A stretch of DNA of 64,000 nucleotides from Nitrospirota bacterium (lineage in GTDB: Bacteria; Nitrospirota; UBA9217): NCBI GenBank assembly GCA_963741205.1, contig CAVUHW010000026.1, positions 1 through 64,000 of the forward strand. The letters are read 5' to 3'. Made by a program: the position numbers and the translations under genes. The number at the start of each line of letters is the position of its first letter. The first letter of the stretch is position 1. The notes beneath the pieces were generated by a model that was not told the origin of the DNA, made no database searches, and was given only the letters and a program-made list of their open reading frames with translations. Shown here piece after piece: positions 34,935-45,800 of this stretch.

Positions 34935-36914
34935 TTACGCCATGCGCCCCTTCACGAGGCTTTCCACAACAGACGGATCGGCGAGCGTCGACGTATCGCC
35001 CAGTTCCTCAACCTGGTTGTGGGCGATCTTGCGGAGGATGCGGCGCATGATCTTGCCGCTCCGCGTCTTCGGGAGTCCGGGCGCGAACTGGATCTTGTCC
35101 GGCGTGGCGATCGGGCCGATGACGGATCGCACATGGCCTGCAAGGATTTTCTTGAGCTCGTCCGAGGGCTTATGACCGTCCTTCAGGGTCACGTAAACGT
35201 AGATGCCTTCGCCCTTGATGTCGTGCGGGTAGCCGACCACGGCCGCCTCGGCGACCGCCTCGTGGCTGACCAGCGCGGACTCCACCTCGGCCGTGCCGAG
35301 CCGGTGGCCCGAGACGTTGATGACGTCGTCGACGCGTCCCATGAGCCAGTAGTCGCCGTCCTCATCAAAGCGCGCTCCGTCTCCGGTAAAGTACTTGCCG
35401 GGGAACCGGCTGAAATAGACCTCTTTGATGCGCTTGTTCTCCGGATCGCCGTAAGTACCCCGCAGCATGCCGGGCCAGGGTTTATTGATGCAGAGGTAGC
35501 CGCCTTCGTTCGCGCCTGGCCGGCGAACCATCCTCTTTTACCACCTGCGGCACGACCCCCGGGAACGGTTGCGTTGCCGAACCGGGCTTGGCGGTAATAG
35601 CGCCGGGAAGCCCCGTGATCAGGATCCCGCCGGTCTCGGTCTGCCACCAGGTATCCACGATCGGGATTTTTTCCTTGCCGATATTTTTGTGATACCACAT
35701 CCAGGCCTCGGGGTTGATCGGCTCTCCCACGGTCCCCAGGACCTTGATGGAGGACAGGTCGTGTTTCTCCACCCATTTCTCGCCTTCCTTCATGAGCGCG
35801 CGGATGGCCGTAGGCGCGGTGTAGAAGATGTTGACCCGGTGCTTGTCCACGATGTCCCAGAACCTTCCGGCATTCGGGTATGTGGGGATGCCCTCGAACA
35901 TGAGCGAAGTGGCGCCTGCGGAAAGCGGCCCGTACACGATATAACTGTGTCCGGTCACCCACCCGATGTCGGCGGTGCAGAAATGGATGTCTTCTTCATG
36001 GTAGTCGAAGATCCACTTGAAGGTGAGGTTCGTATAGAGCAAGTAGCCTGCCGTCGTGTGGAGCACGCCTTTGGGCTTGCCCGTGGAGCCCGACGTATAG
36101 AGGATAAAGAGCGGGTCTTCCGCATCCATCTTCTCGGGCTCGCAGTAGAGGGCGATGTCGGGGGCGTTCATTTCCTCGTGCCACCAGGAGTCCCTGCCCG
36201 GCTCCAGGCTGACCTTGCCCGTGCACGCGTGCTGCACCACGATGACGTTCTTGACCGTGGGGCATTCGTTGAGGGCCTCGTCCGCGTTGGTCTTCAAGGG
36301 CACGAAGCGGCCGCCGCGCACGCCTTCATCCGCGGTAATGAGCAGCTGGACTGGCAGTCCTGGATGCGGTCCATGAGCGACTTGGAGGAGAACCCGCCGA
36401 ACACGATCGAGTGGATCGCGCCGATCCGGGCGCAGGCGAGCATGGCGATCGGAAGCTCGGGTATCATCGGAAGGTAGATCGTGACCCGGTCGCCCTTCTT
36501 GATGCCTTTTTTCTTCAGAACGTTCGCAAACTTATTGACCTCGTAGTACATCTGCTGGTACGTGTAGGTCCGGTACTCCCCGCCGTCGGCTTCCCAGATG
36601 ATGGCCGCCTTGTTGCGCGTGGGCGTATTGATGTAGCGGTCCAGGCAGTTCACCGAGACGTTGAGTTTGCCGCCGGCGAACCACTTGATGTAAGGCTTCT
36701 GGAAGTCATAGTCCAGGACTTTGTCCCATTTCTTGTACCACGTCAGGTTCTTCTCCGCCATTTCCCCCCAGAATTTGTCCGGGTCGTCGACGGACTGCTT
36801 GTAGATCTTTTCATATTCCTTCATGCTCTTGATGTGGGCCTTTTCACTGAACGCCTTTGACGGGGGGAAGGTTCTCTTCTCCGTCGAAAGTACCTGGATG
36901 TTGTCACTAGCCAT
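34935..36914 (-). CDS. acs: Acetyl-CoA synthetase (two frameshifts)
   Basis: [46 protein letters not shown]. Confidence 0.95.
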
Positions 36915-36959
36915 TCTTGTTATTCCTCCTTATGTAAGATGACGACAGAGCCCGGATCA

Positions 36960-36988
36960 AGCTTACACAAAAAACGCCTGCCTGTCAA
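36960..36988 (-). promoter_or_regulatory. Sigma-70-type promoter for acs
   Basis: TTGACA-N17-TAAGCT ~45 bp before the AGGAGG RBS/ATG. Confidence 0.7.
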
Positions 36989-37246
36989 AGGCGTAAGTCC
37001 GCTCCGGTGTCCGTTTTGCTCTCTGCTTCCCAGCGGACGATCCCGAACCCGTAACGTTTCAACCGCGAAGGCGAAGGGTTCCCCGGCGCAAGTCCCGGTC
37101 TCAGCGGGATGTAAATCAACGCGACGCGGCTGCCCGGTTCAAACCACATAAAAGAAGCGAACCGACGAACGGCGCCGGGGATCCTCTCCCCGTCCGCCGC
37201 TCACCGGTTCACTGAGATTCACTGCCTGCTGCATGAGGTTCGACGG

Positions 37247-39037
37247 CTATTCCGCTCCGATACCCACGTACTCCCTGACCTTCTCGGCGTCAAACTTCTC
37301 CTGCGCCTCTTTGTCCGGCGCCAAAAGCGAAATGAGAATACCCATCAGGAACGCGGCGGCCATGGAATAGATACCGGGGTTCTTCAACGGGAAGATGGCC
37401 TTCGGCATGGCCGCGGCTGCGTCCTTCTTCTTCGCCGCAAGCTGCTCCTTCTCCGCTGTCTTTGCGGCGATGGATGCCTGCAGGTCCGCGTTCTTCTTCT
37501 CGGCGGCGGGTTTTTCTTTCTTCTTAAGCTTTGCGATCGCATCGGCGCTGATGATCTGCTTCTGCAGCTCGGCGATCTGCGGGTCGATGGCGGCCGCGGC
37601 TGTATCGATCTCCTTGATCTGGGCCTGGACCTTCGCCACATCGTCCTTGTGCACGATATCGAGCCACACGGTGGGGCTCAGGATGAGGAGCACGACCGCG
37701 ACAATGAGGCCGGTATAGATGCTCATCACCGCCCCATAGGTCGTGAACTTCTTCCACATGATCGACATGAGGAGCGCAGGGAAGTTCGCGCTGGCGGCGA
37801 TCGCGAAGGTGAGGCCGACCAGGAAGGCGACGTTCTGTCCCTTGAACAGGATGCCCAGAAGGATCGCGGTCGCGCCGAGAGCGACGGTTGCGATCTTCGC
37901 CACCTTCACCTCTTCCTTCTCATTGGCGACCCCGCGCCGGATCACGCCCACGTAAAGGTCATGGGAAAGGGCCGACGCGCCGGCCAGGGTGAGACCGGAG
38001 ACCACGGCGAGGATCGTGGCAAAGGCCACCGCGGACAGGAAGCCGAGGAAGACGTTCCCGCCGAGCGCCTCGGCCAGAAGCGGGCCGGCCATGTTGCCGC
38101 CCTTGTCGATGCCCATGATGACCTTCTGGCCCACGAGCACTGCGGCGCCGAAGCCGATCGTCACGGTAAGGATGTAGAAGTAGCCGATGAACCCGGTTGC
38201 GTAGAACACGGACTTGCGGGCCGCTTTCGCGTCAGGCACGGTGTAGAACCGCATCAGGATGTGCGGCAGGCCGGCGGTTCCGAACATGAGGGCAAGCCCC
38301 AGCGAGAATGCGTCAATGGGGCTGGTAACCAGACCGCCCGGTTCGAGGAATTTCTGGCCCAAGGGCGTGGCGACAGCCGCCTGTTTGAAGAGCTCGCCGT
38401 AGCTGAATCCGAACTTGTTCAGGGTCAGGATGACGAGGAGCGTTGCGCCGCCCAAAAGCAGCCCGGCCTTGATGATCTGGACCCACGTCGTGGCGATCAT
38501 GCCGCCGAAGATCACGTAGGAGATCATGAGAGCGCCGGTGATCACGATGGCCAGTTCGAAAGGCAGGCCGAACATGAGCTTGATCAGCGTGCCGGCGCCC
38601 ACCATCTGTGCGATGAGGTAGGTGAGCACGACGACCAGCGACCCGGCGGCCGCGGCCGCGCGAATGGGCCTCTGCTGCAGCCGGAAGGCGACGACATCGG
38701 CAAAGGTGTACTTGCCGAGGTTCCGGAGGGGCTCCGAGATCAGGAACATGATGATCGGCCATCCCACGAGCCAGCCCACGGAGTAGATGAGGCCGTCATA
38801 CCCCTTGGTGGACACGAGGCCCGCGATGCCCAAAAACGATGCCGCGCTCATGTAGTCGCCCGCGAGGGCGAGTCCGTTCTGGAAGCCGGTGATGCTTCTG
38901 CCGGCGGCGTAGAAATCTTTTGTGGTCCTTGTCCTTTTGGCCGCCCACCAGGTGATGAGCAGGGTGGAAATAACGAAGGCGACAAAGAACCCGATTGCAA
39001 CGGGATTGGCCTGTCCAATGATTGTTGTCTGCGGCAT
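37247..39037 (-). CDS. actP: Cation/acetate symporter ActP (SSF family)
   Basis: [41 protein letters not shown]. Confidence 0.92.
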   Translation of the reverse strand: MPQTTIIGQANPVAIGFFVAFVISTLLITWWAAKRTRTTKDFYAAGRSITGFQNGLALAGDYMSAASFLGIAGLVSTKGYDGLIYSVGWLVGWPIIMFLISEPLRNLGKYTFADVVAFRLQQRPIRAAAAAGSLVVVLTYLIAQMVGAGTLIKLMFGLPFELAIVITGALMISYVIFGGMIATTWVQIIKAGLLLGGATLLVILTLNKFGFSYGELFKQAAVATPLGQKFLEPGGLVTSPIDAFSLGLALMFGTAGLPHILMRFYTVPDAKAARKSVFYATGFIGYFYILTVTIGFGAAVLVGQKVIMGIDKGGNMAGPLLAEALGGNVFLGFLSAVAFATILAVVSGLTLAGASALSHDLYVGVIRRGVANEKEEVKVAKIATVALGATAILLGILFKGQNVAFLVGLTFAIAASANFPALLMSIMWKKFTTYGAVMSIYTGLIVAVVLLILSPTVWLDIVHKDDVAKVQAQIKEIDTAAAAIDPQIAELQKQIISADAIAKLKKKEKPAAEKKNADLQASIAAKTAEKEQLAAKKKDAAAAMPKAIFPLKNPGIYSMAAAFLMGILISLLAPDKEAQEKFDAEKVREYVGIGAE

Positions 39038-39038
39038 G

Positions 39039-39350
39039 TTATCCTCCTACCTTTGCTATGACTTTTTTGACGAGCTCGTCATACTTCACATTGGCCCACC
39101 AGATGTAAATGCCCGTAAATACCCACGATCCCAGGATGGTCCCGACGGCAATGGGGATCCCGATCGTGGCCGCCCCGTCCGCGCTCATTTTCTGCGCGAG
39201 AAACGGCTTGTTGTACGCGATCAGGGCAATGAACCCGAAATACAGCACCAGTTCCAGTATCGTCAAGATGATCGAAATGGTGTTCTTCTGGCTGGATAAC
39301 TGCAGGAAATCCGGGTCGCTTAAGATGTCTTCCTTTTTTAATTTTGCCAT
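39039..39350 (-). CDS. DUF485 (YjcH-like) membrane protein
   Basis: Two TM helices, [19 protein letters not shown]; directly upstream of actP. Confidence 0.88.
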   Translation of the reverse strand: MAKLKKEDILSDPDFLQLSSQKNTISIILTILELVLYFGFIALIAYNKPFLAQKMSADGAATIGIPIAVGTILGSWVFTGIYIWWANVKYDELVKKVIAKVGG

Positions 39351-39385
39351 GCTTCATCCTCCTTGTGGTTATTTAGTGACGTGCG

Positions 39386-40099
39386 CTAAAAGTTGCTGAA
39401 TACGCTGGTCAGTTTGAAATTATCACCCCCTTTAAATGGAATTCCTATGCGTAAAAGGTTCCCAAGGTCATGAACACCCGCCTCGGCGAGGAGCGGAATT
39501 AACCGCTGAAACAACTGCGCCGTGGTGAACGCATCCATGACCGCATTGTGCGCCCCGTTTACCGCGATATCAAAGCACTTGACGATTTCGTGCAGCCGGA
39601 ATCCGGGGTGCGACGTGGCGGCGTAATCGGGGCACTTGTCCCGTTTCCTCAGCCATTCGTAGATGCTGAAGGTGTCCAGTGCCGGGTTCGGGATTTCAGT
39701 CCCCCGGATCCGCATCATGTCCCGATTGAGGAAACTGAGGTCAATCGAGATGAAGTGGCCCACGAGCACGGCTTCGCCGCAGAACTCCAGAAATTCTCCG
39801 AGCACGGCGTCGATGACCGGTTTCGACTCCACCTCCGACGGCGTGATTTCGTGGATCACCACGCTGGCCGCCGATAATTCGGTGCGCGGGCTGACGACCC
39901 GGTAAAACGTGTCCCCGAGGCCAATGCTCCCGCCGATCATGCGGACCGCGCCGATGGAGACGATGGAGTCCCTCTTCTCGTCAAGACCGGTCAGTTCCGT
40001 ATCCACGACCACGTATCGCGCGTCCGAGATCGGCGTCTTCTCGTCGATCGCCGCTGTTTTCTTTCTTTTTCTCTTGAACAGTCCCAACATAGATTCCAT
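39386..40099 (-). CDS. DEDDh 3'-5' exonuclease (DnaQ-like)
   Basis: VVDTELTG, LVGHFISID, HNAVMDA. Confidence 0.88.
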   Translation of the reverse strand: MESMLGLFKRKRKKTAAIDEKTPISDARYVVVDTELTGLDEKRDSIVSIGAVRMIGGSIGLGDTFYRVVSPRTELSAASVVIHEITPSEVESKPVIDAVLGEFLEFCGEAVLVGHFISIDLSFLNRDMMRIRGTEIPNPALDTFSIYEWLRKRDKCPDYAATSHPGFRLHEIVKCFDIAVNGAHNAVMDAFTTAQLFQRLIPLLAEAGVHDLGNLLRIGIPFKGGDNFKLTSVFSNF

Positions 40100-40176
40100 C
40101 GTCAGTCGTAGTCATCAGTCGTCGGTCGAATGATTCACTTGAATAGAGACTATTGACCGACTGACTATCGACTTTC

Positions 40177-42126
40177 CTACCAGATAAGCGATTTGTACCG
40201 TTCGATGATCATGTCCTGTATCTTCGTGATGAGATGGAACGCATCTTTGATCGATCGTTTCTCCAGATTGCTCAGCCGTTTCGGATTGATGAAATTATCG
40301 GGAGCCTCTCCCGCGCTGAGCTGCCTGAACTGGTGGTGGATCCTGAGGAGCATGATGAACTCGAAGGCTTGCTCGAGGTCGTCGGCGTACTCCTCGACGA
40401 TCGTGTGGAGCGGCCTTAGCGTCTCGATCCGCTCGAGCGTCGATGTCTCGTGGATCCCTTTCTCGAGCGCAAAGAGCCGGACGATGTCCACCAGCGGCGC
40501 CAGCCCCTTGACCTTGAGGTTGAGCAAGTCCTTGTGCTCCCCGCCCTTTTCCACCACAAAGGACTTGAAGAACCCGATGGGCGGCCTGTTCTTGATCGCC
40601 ATGTTGGCGAGATAGCCCAGAAACACCCTCTTGTCCCGGAGAAGGGCGTTCAGATCGTCCCGGAGCGTCTCGGCAAGAGTAATGTCGCCGAACATGGGTC
40701 GAAAGTCAAAAAAAGTCACCGAGTGCAGCACCGCGTCCGGCGTGGGCGTATCGATCCACGATGAAAAATATTTTCTCCACACCTTGAGCGGCTGGCGCCA
40801 GAGGGGATTGGCCGCCATGTAATTCGCAGGACAAAGCGGGACGCAGCAGTGGAGGAGCCCGTCCCTAACATCCTCGGCAAACGACGCGAAATAGCTGTCA
40901 GCCGCCTCCGCTTCCTCATTTGACGCCGGGTCCGCATAGATGATGGCGTTGTCCTGGTCGGTCTTGAAGGTCTGTTCCTTGCGGCCCTCGCTTCCAAAAA
41001 CGATCCAGCAATAGGGAACGGGCGGTTTGCCGTGTTTTCGTTCTGTGATTTCGAGGACTTTCCGCACGAGCCGATCGTTGACTTCGGTTATGATCTTTGT
41101 GATATTGCTCGCCTTTGCCCCTTCCTTGAGCAGAAGGCCCACGATGCCGTTGATCTTTTTCGAGACCGGGACGAGCCCTTCGACGGTCTGCTGGCTCTCT
41201 ATGTCCTTCGTAAGGGACAGAGGCGACGTCCCTTGCAGCATCATGAGGTCGTGGTTCGTGATCACGCCGGTGAGCTTGCCGTCCTTGATCACGAGGATGT
41301 GGTGGATATTGTACTTGATCATCCGGAGCACGGCTTCGAAGCAATAATCCTGCGCATCCACCCTGATCAGAGACGTGCTCATGATGTTCTTGACCGGTTC
41401 GTCCACGTTTCGTCCGCGAGACACGACCTTCTCGCGGAGGTCCCGGTCGGTCACCACGCCGACGGGAATATTGTTCCCGCTCATGATGACAACGGAACTT
41501 ATCCTTTTCTCGGTCATGATGGCAGCCGCCTCACGGATCGTCGCGTCCTCCTGCGTGGAGATGATGTCCTTGACGCCCATGTCCCCTACCCTCGTCGTAA
41601 ACAGGAGGCGGTCGCTCCCGCCGTAGAACATGCTCTTGTCCTGCATTTCGCGACTGGTCCGGTCGATGTACATCGAGACGTGCGATTTCAGGAAATACTC
41701 GGTGAAGGAAAGCTGGGCGTCCATGAGTTTTATGAGCATCTCCTTCCTGAGGAGGTAGCAGATCGTGTCGTCCACAGCCGAAACATTCGCCCGCACGCGG
41801 TGCTTGCCGATCATCGAGAGGAAGCCGAAGGTGTCGCCCTCGCCGCGGTAGTCAATCACCAATTCGCCGCCCTCGTCCGAGACCATAGAGAGCTTGACCC
41901 CGCCCTTCTTAATGATGCGGATTGATTCGCTCGGCGGGTCGTCCTGTTTCATGATCAACATGCCCTTGGGATAGAACTCCATGGACACGTTGCCGGCAAC
42001 TGCCTGAAGGTTCTCGTCGTCGAGGAACTGGAAGGGCGGCACTTTCTTGAGGAAAGCTACAACCTCGTCGATAATTATGTCATGACCGGCTTGATTTGAA
42101 CCAGGTAGGGACCTCATGCCTAACAA
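40177..42126 (-). CDS. cNMP-binding + CBS pair + DUF294 nucleotidyltransferase protein
   Basis: PPFQFL cNMP domain, GVVTDRDLR CBS, FGSEGRKEQ...DQDNA, FFDFR, LKVKGLAPLVD. Confidence 0.9.
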   Translation of the reverse strand: MLGMRSLPGSNQAGHDIIIDEVVAFLKKVPPFQFLDDENLQAVAGNVSMEFYPKGMLIMKQDDPPSESIRIIKKGGVKLSMVSDEGGELVIDYRGEGDTFGFLSMIGKHRVRANVSAVDDTICYLLRKEMLIKLMDAQLSFTEYFLKSHVSMYIDRTSREMQDKSMFYGGSDRLLFTTRVGDMGVKDIISTQEDATIREAAAIMTEKRISSVVIMSGNNIPVGVVTDRDLREKVVSRGRNVDEPVKNIMSTSLIRVDAQDYCFEAVLRMIKYNIHHILVIKDGKLTGVITNHDLMMLQGTSPLSLTKDIESQQTVEGLVPVSKKINGIVGLLLKEGAKASNITKIITEVNDRLVRKVLEITERKHGKPPVPYCWIVFGSEGRKEQTFKTDQDNAIIYADPASNEEAEAADSYFASFAEDVRDGLLHCCVPLCPANYMAANPLWRQPLKVWRKYFSSWIDTPTPDAVLHSVTFFDFRPMFGDITLAETLRDDLNALLRDKRVFLGYLANMAIKNRPPIGFFKSFVVEKGGEHKDLLNLKVKGLAPLVDIVRLFALEKGIHETSTLERIETLRPLHTIVEEYADDLEQAFEFIMLLRIHHQFRQLSAGEAPDNFINPKRLSNLEKRSIKDAFHLITKIQDMIIERYKSLIW

Positions 42127-42637
42127 AGTAGCAAATTAGATACCAGTTTTCGGACAAAAGAGCCGGCTGTCCACTTTGAAGGTGATAGAGTAGGGCACAT
42201 CGCGGGAGAGGGACAATGAGAAAAAACTAAAGAAGATCGTCGCAATGGCGCCATAACGCGTTAGTGGATTTAAAAAACCATTGATTCAACAGGTTCTCGG
42301 CGCCATGACAGTTTCAACAAACAGCAACAAGGACCGCATATAAGGCTCGAATAAAATTTAGATTAATAATAGATTACACATTATAACTGCACTCTTCACG
42401 ATATTTTTTTTTAGCCATGCTTTGGGTCAACTGAGGGCGGTCCATTTTCCTTCTGCTTCGTAACAAAAAGTAATGGTGAAGAAGAAAAAAAAGATACGAA
42501 AAGTAACCAGACAAAAGGGCCGTGCCGACCTTCGAAACCTTATGAAAGCAAAACAATAGCACTCTCAATAAGTCGCCGGCCACGAACCGATGTGAATTGT
42601 TACTGGTCTTAAAAAATGTAGCGCTTAGCAAAAAGGA

Positions 42638-42730
42638 TGTCATTCCCGATCTCAATCATCTCATCTGAGCGGGAATCCATTTTTAAATAATGGAACAATG
42701 GATCCCCGATAGAGATATTCGGGGATGACA
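42638..42730. repeat. GTCATTCCC...GGGAATGAC palindromic element, copy 1
   Basis: tgtcattcccg...cgggaatcca...tggatccccg...cggggatgaca. Confidence 0.75.
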
Positions 42731-42892
42731 TACCAGTTGATATGTGATTAAAGATATACAATAACGCGACAGACAATTAAACTGCTAACCGGTACAACCT
42801 CCTGATTATTCTGCTATAATCTGTCTATCTTTTCAAGACAACGCGTGTCCATTCAAACTTCAATCTTTCATCTCGGATATCCGGGAGTATCC

Positions 42893-45800
42893 ATGATAAA
42901 TTACAGGTTCGACGTCGTCATCATCGGCGCAGGTCCTGCCGGTGTGACCGCAGCAGGCGCCCTCGCGGGCAGCGGAATATCCGTTGCCTTGCTCGAGGCC
43001 GGGGTGTATGCAGGCGCGGAAAACTGGTCAGGCTGCGTTTACTTCACGGAGAGCCTCGCGGATCCGGACTGCTTCGGGTCTGCCGCGGTCGAGGCAGCTC
43101 CCTTTGAGCGTCGTGTGACGAGACGTGGCACGCTCCTCCATAACGGCCTGGACGTGGTTGGCGTCGAACTCACTGAGCCTTCGGCCTTCAAGAACTGCTA
43201 CACCGTGCTCCGGCCGGTCTATGATCCCTACTTTGCGCACCTGGCCTCCGCAAAAGGCGCCGTTCACATCACGGAAACGACCGTCACCTCGCTCATCCGA
43301 AAGGACGGCAGGGTCATCGGCGTCCAGACGAACCGCGGACCTCTCTACGCCGCTATCGTCTTCATCGCCGAGGGCGACGCGTCCCATCTCGTTCGGTCGG
43401 AACAGCTCGAACGCGTTCCGGAGCCTCACTACCTCCAGGGCGTCAAGGCGGTGCTCTCGCTCGCTCCGGAGGAGATCGAAAAGCGGTTCGACCTCAAGCT
43501 CGGGCGAAGGCTGCGCGTACGAGATTCTCATCAGGAACGCGCAGATCGCGGGAAGGACCGCGAGACTGAACGTCGGGCGGCTTCCTGTACACGAACAAGG
43601 ACAGCCTGTCTCTGGGTTATGTCCTCCCCCTGGACAATCTGAAAAACCATTACCAGGGCGACCACGACCGGCTCTTCGAATGGATGAGGGGCCTCCCTTT
43701 CATCAAGGAACTCACCGGTGACGCGAAGCTCTCGGCATACGGCACCAAAATCGTCAGGAGCGGCGGATGGAGCGAACGGCCGGTCCTCGTCGAGGACGGA
43801 CTCGCTGTGGGAGGCGCGTCTGCGGGGCTCGGTATTGACATTCCCTTTCCGAATTTCACCGGCCCGGCCTCGGCCACGGGACTCCTGTTCGCCCGCGCAG
43901 CGAAGGTTATTCTGGGCAAAGGCCGCACTCCCGATATAAAAAACCTTACGAAGGAATATCTCGTGCCGCTCCAGCGAGAGCGTATACGGAAAGAACGCGC
44001 GGTATCTTTCCCAATGGCCCCGCTATTTCGGAAAGTCGTCCGTGCTCTTCGGAAGGACCGTGGACATGGCCTGCGGCAGCGCGCATTTCCTTTCGACCGG
44101 GAGTTATGTGGAGACGGGGAGGTTCCTCAGAAAGCACATCCTCTCCTTCCGCGGGCTCAGGGAATCGACAGGCGACACCCTGCGCGCGATTGGCAGCCTC
44201 CGGCTCTGGAAGCCGATCGTCAAGACGATCGTGAACCCCGTCACGTGGGGCACATGGATTTCAAACATCCTTTCGCAAAAAGCCTGCCGACAAGCGCCTA
44301 GAAATCATCATGAGCATCGGAGGCAGACGGGTAGAGGCATCTTCCCTTCCCTGGCCCGCGGGCCCGCTCCTCAAGCGCCTTTCCCCGGCTCTCTCCCGCG
44401 CCATCAGGGCGGTCTATGCCAATGACGATGTCCCGGCTGAGAAGAAGTTTCCCGAGGCCATCGAGATCATGATCCAGTCTCTGAGCCTTTCGGACTTTAT
44501 CGTACTTCCTCTCTTCGGCCTTACCCTCTTCTGCCTATCTGTCCTCACCGCGTCGTGGGACGCCTTCCGGTTTTACGTGCTCAAGACGCCGGTCGCAAAG
44601 CTCCTCGCGGAGCCGGTGATGGCATACAACGAGGAGCAGAGAAAGGCGCGGGACCTCGACGCGATAAAACCCGCGATCGGATTCGAGGCCAAGCTCGCGA
44701 CAAACACTTACCGCGTGGGGAGCGAGTCGCATATCAGGACGCTCTGGCCCGCGTCGCTCGTATCACAGCCCGAGATGTCGCGGGCCTCGCTGTGGTGGGT
44801 CTGTCCTGCCCGGGTATACGGCTACGATGCGCCGCTTTCCGGCCGCGGTAAAGTAACGGTGAATTTCGAGAACTGCATCAAGTGCGAATCCTGCTGGAGG
44901 GCCGAGCCGCGTGCCGCCCTCTGGGGCAGGCATACGGACCACAAACTCATCTACCGCCCCGAGAGCGGCGCGATCCCGGCGCTCCTGGATTCCTCTGAAG
45001 CGATGGACCATCCCGCCTCCACCCCCCCCGTCAAGGGAGGGGGAACTCAACCCCTTGTTCCCTGGTGGGAGAGTGCAGGGGAGAGGGAGAGTTGAGCTTC
45101 CGTCGATGAAAGCTCTGGAACCTGAACGAGGATATTCTTCTCGCTTCCCGTGAAGCGAAAAGCGCATCGGCCGCTTTCGTCGATGCTGTCTCGAAGCTGC
45201 CCGCGTCAGCGGATGAGGGCAGAAAGGCCTGGCCCCTTGCTCTCGGAAAACGGCTCGGCGCGAAGCTCCAGAGGCTCGAATCAGCCCTCTTGAACGACGG
45301 CAGGCACGAGCCCGCACAGGTCATTCAGTCCGATCGAAAAGACATAGAGCAGCGCCTTGCTGATGACAGGCTCTTCCATGCGCTCTACTGCTGTCACCGG
45401 CTTGAACAACGGCTCGATGCATGGTTGTCAAATACCCCCTTCGCGAAAAGGGGGATCGAGTTACGTCCCCCGACGCCGGCCCTGAGCGTAGCCGAAGGGC
45501 AAGGGGCGGACAATGGAGGACTCGCGGTTTCCTATGAAGAAGTTTTAGCGATCTTCCCGGACCGGATCGTGAAAGAGTGGGAAGAGGCGCCCATGCCCGA
45601 AACGTGGGTTGGAACGCTTCGAAAATTCATCGCCGAACATCGCGAGGCCCCTCTCGAAACGATACGCGCCCTCTCCTCGGTCAGCCCGGCACTGGGCCTC
45701 ATTGCAGCGCATCAGTTCTCGGCGCTGACCATTTTAAAAGAAGGCGGCATCAGACTCGACCCTGGCATCTGCGCGGTGCGCGCCGACCATCTTGACATCC

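Noticed and set aside
36960-37000. Riboswitch terminator in the acs leader
   Set aside because: The hairpin and T-tract coincide with a TTGACA-N17-TAAGCT promoter and no known aptamer is recognisable; kept only as a low-interest finding.
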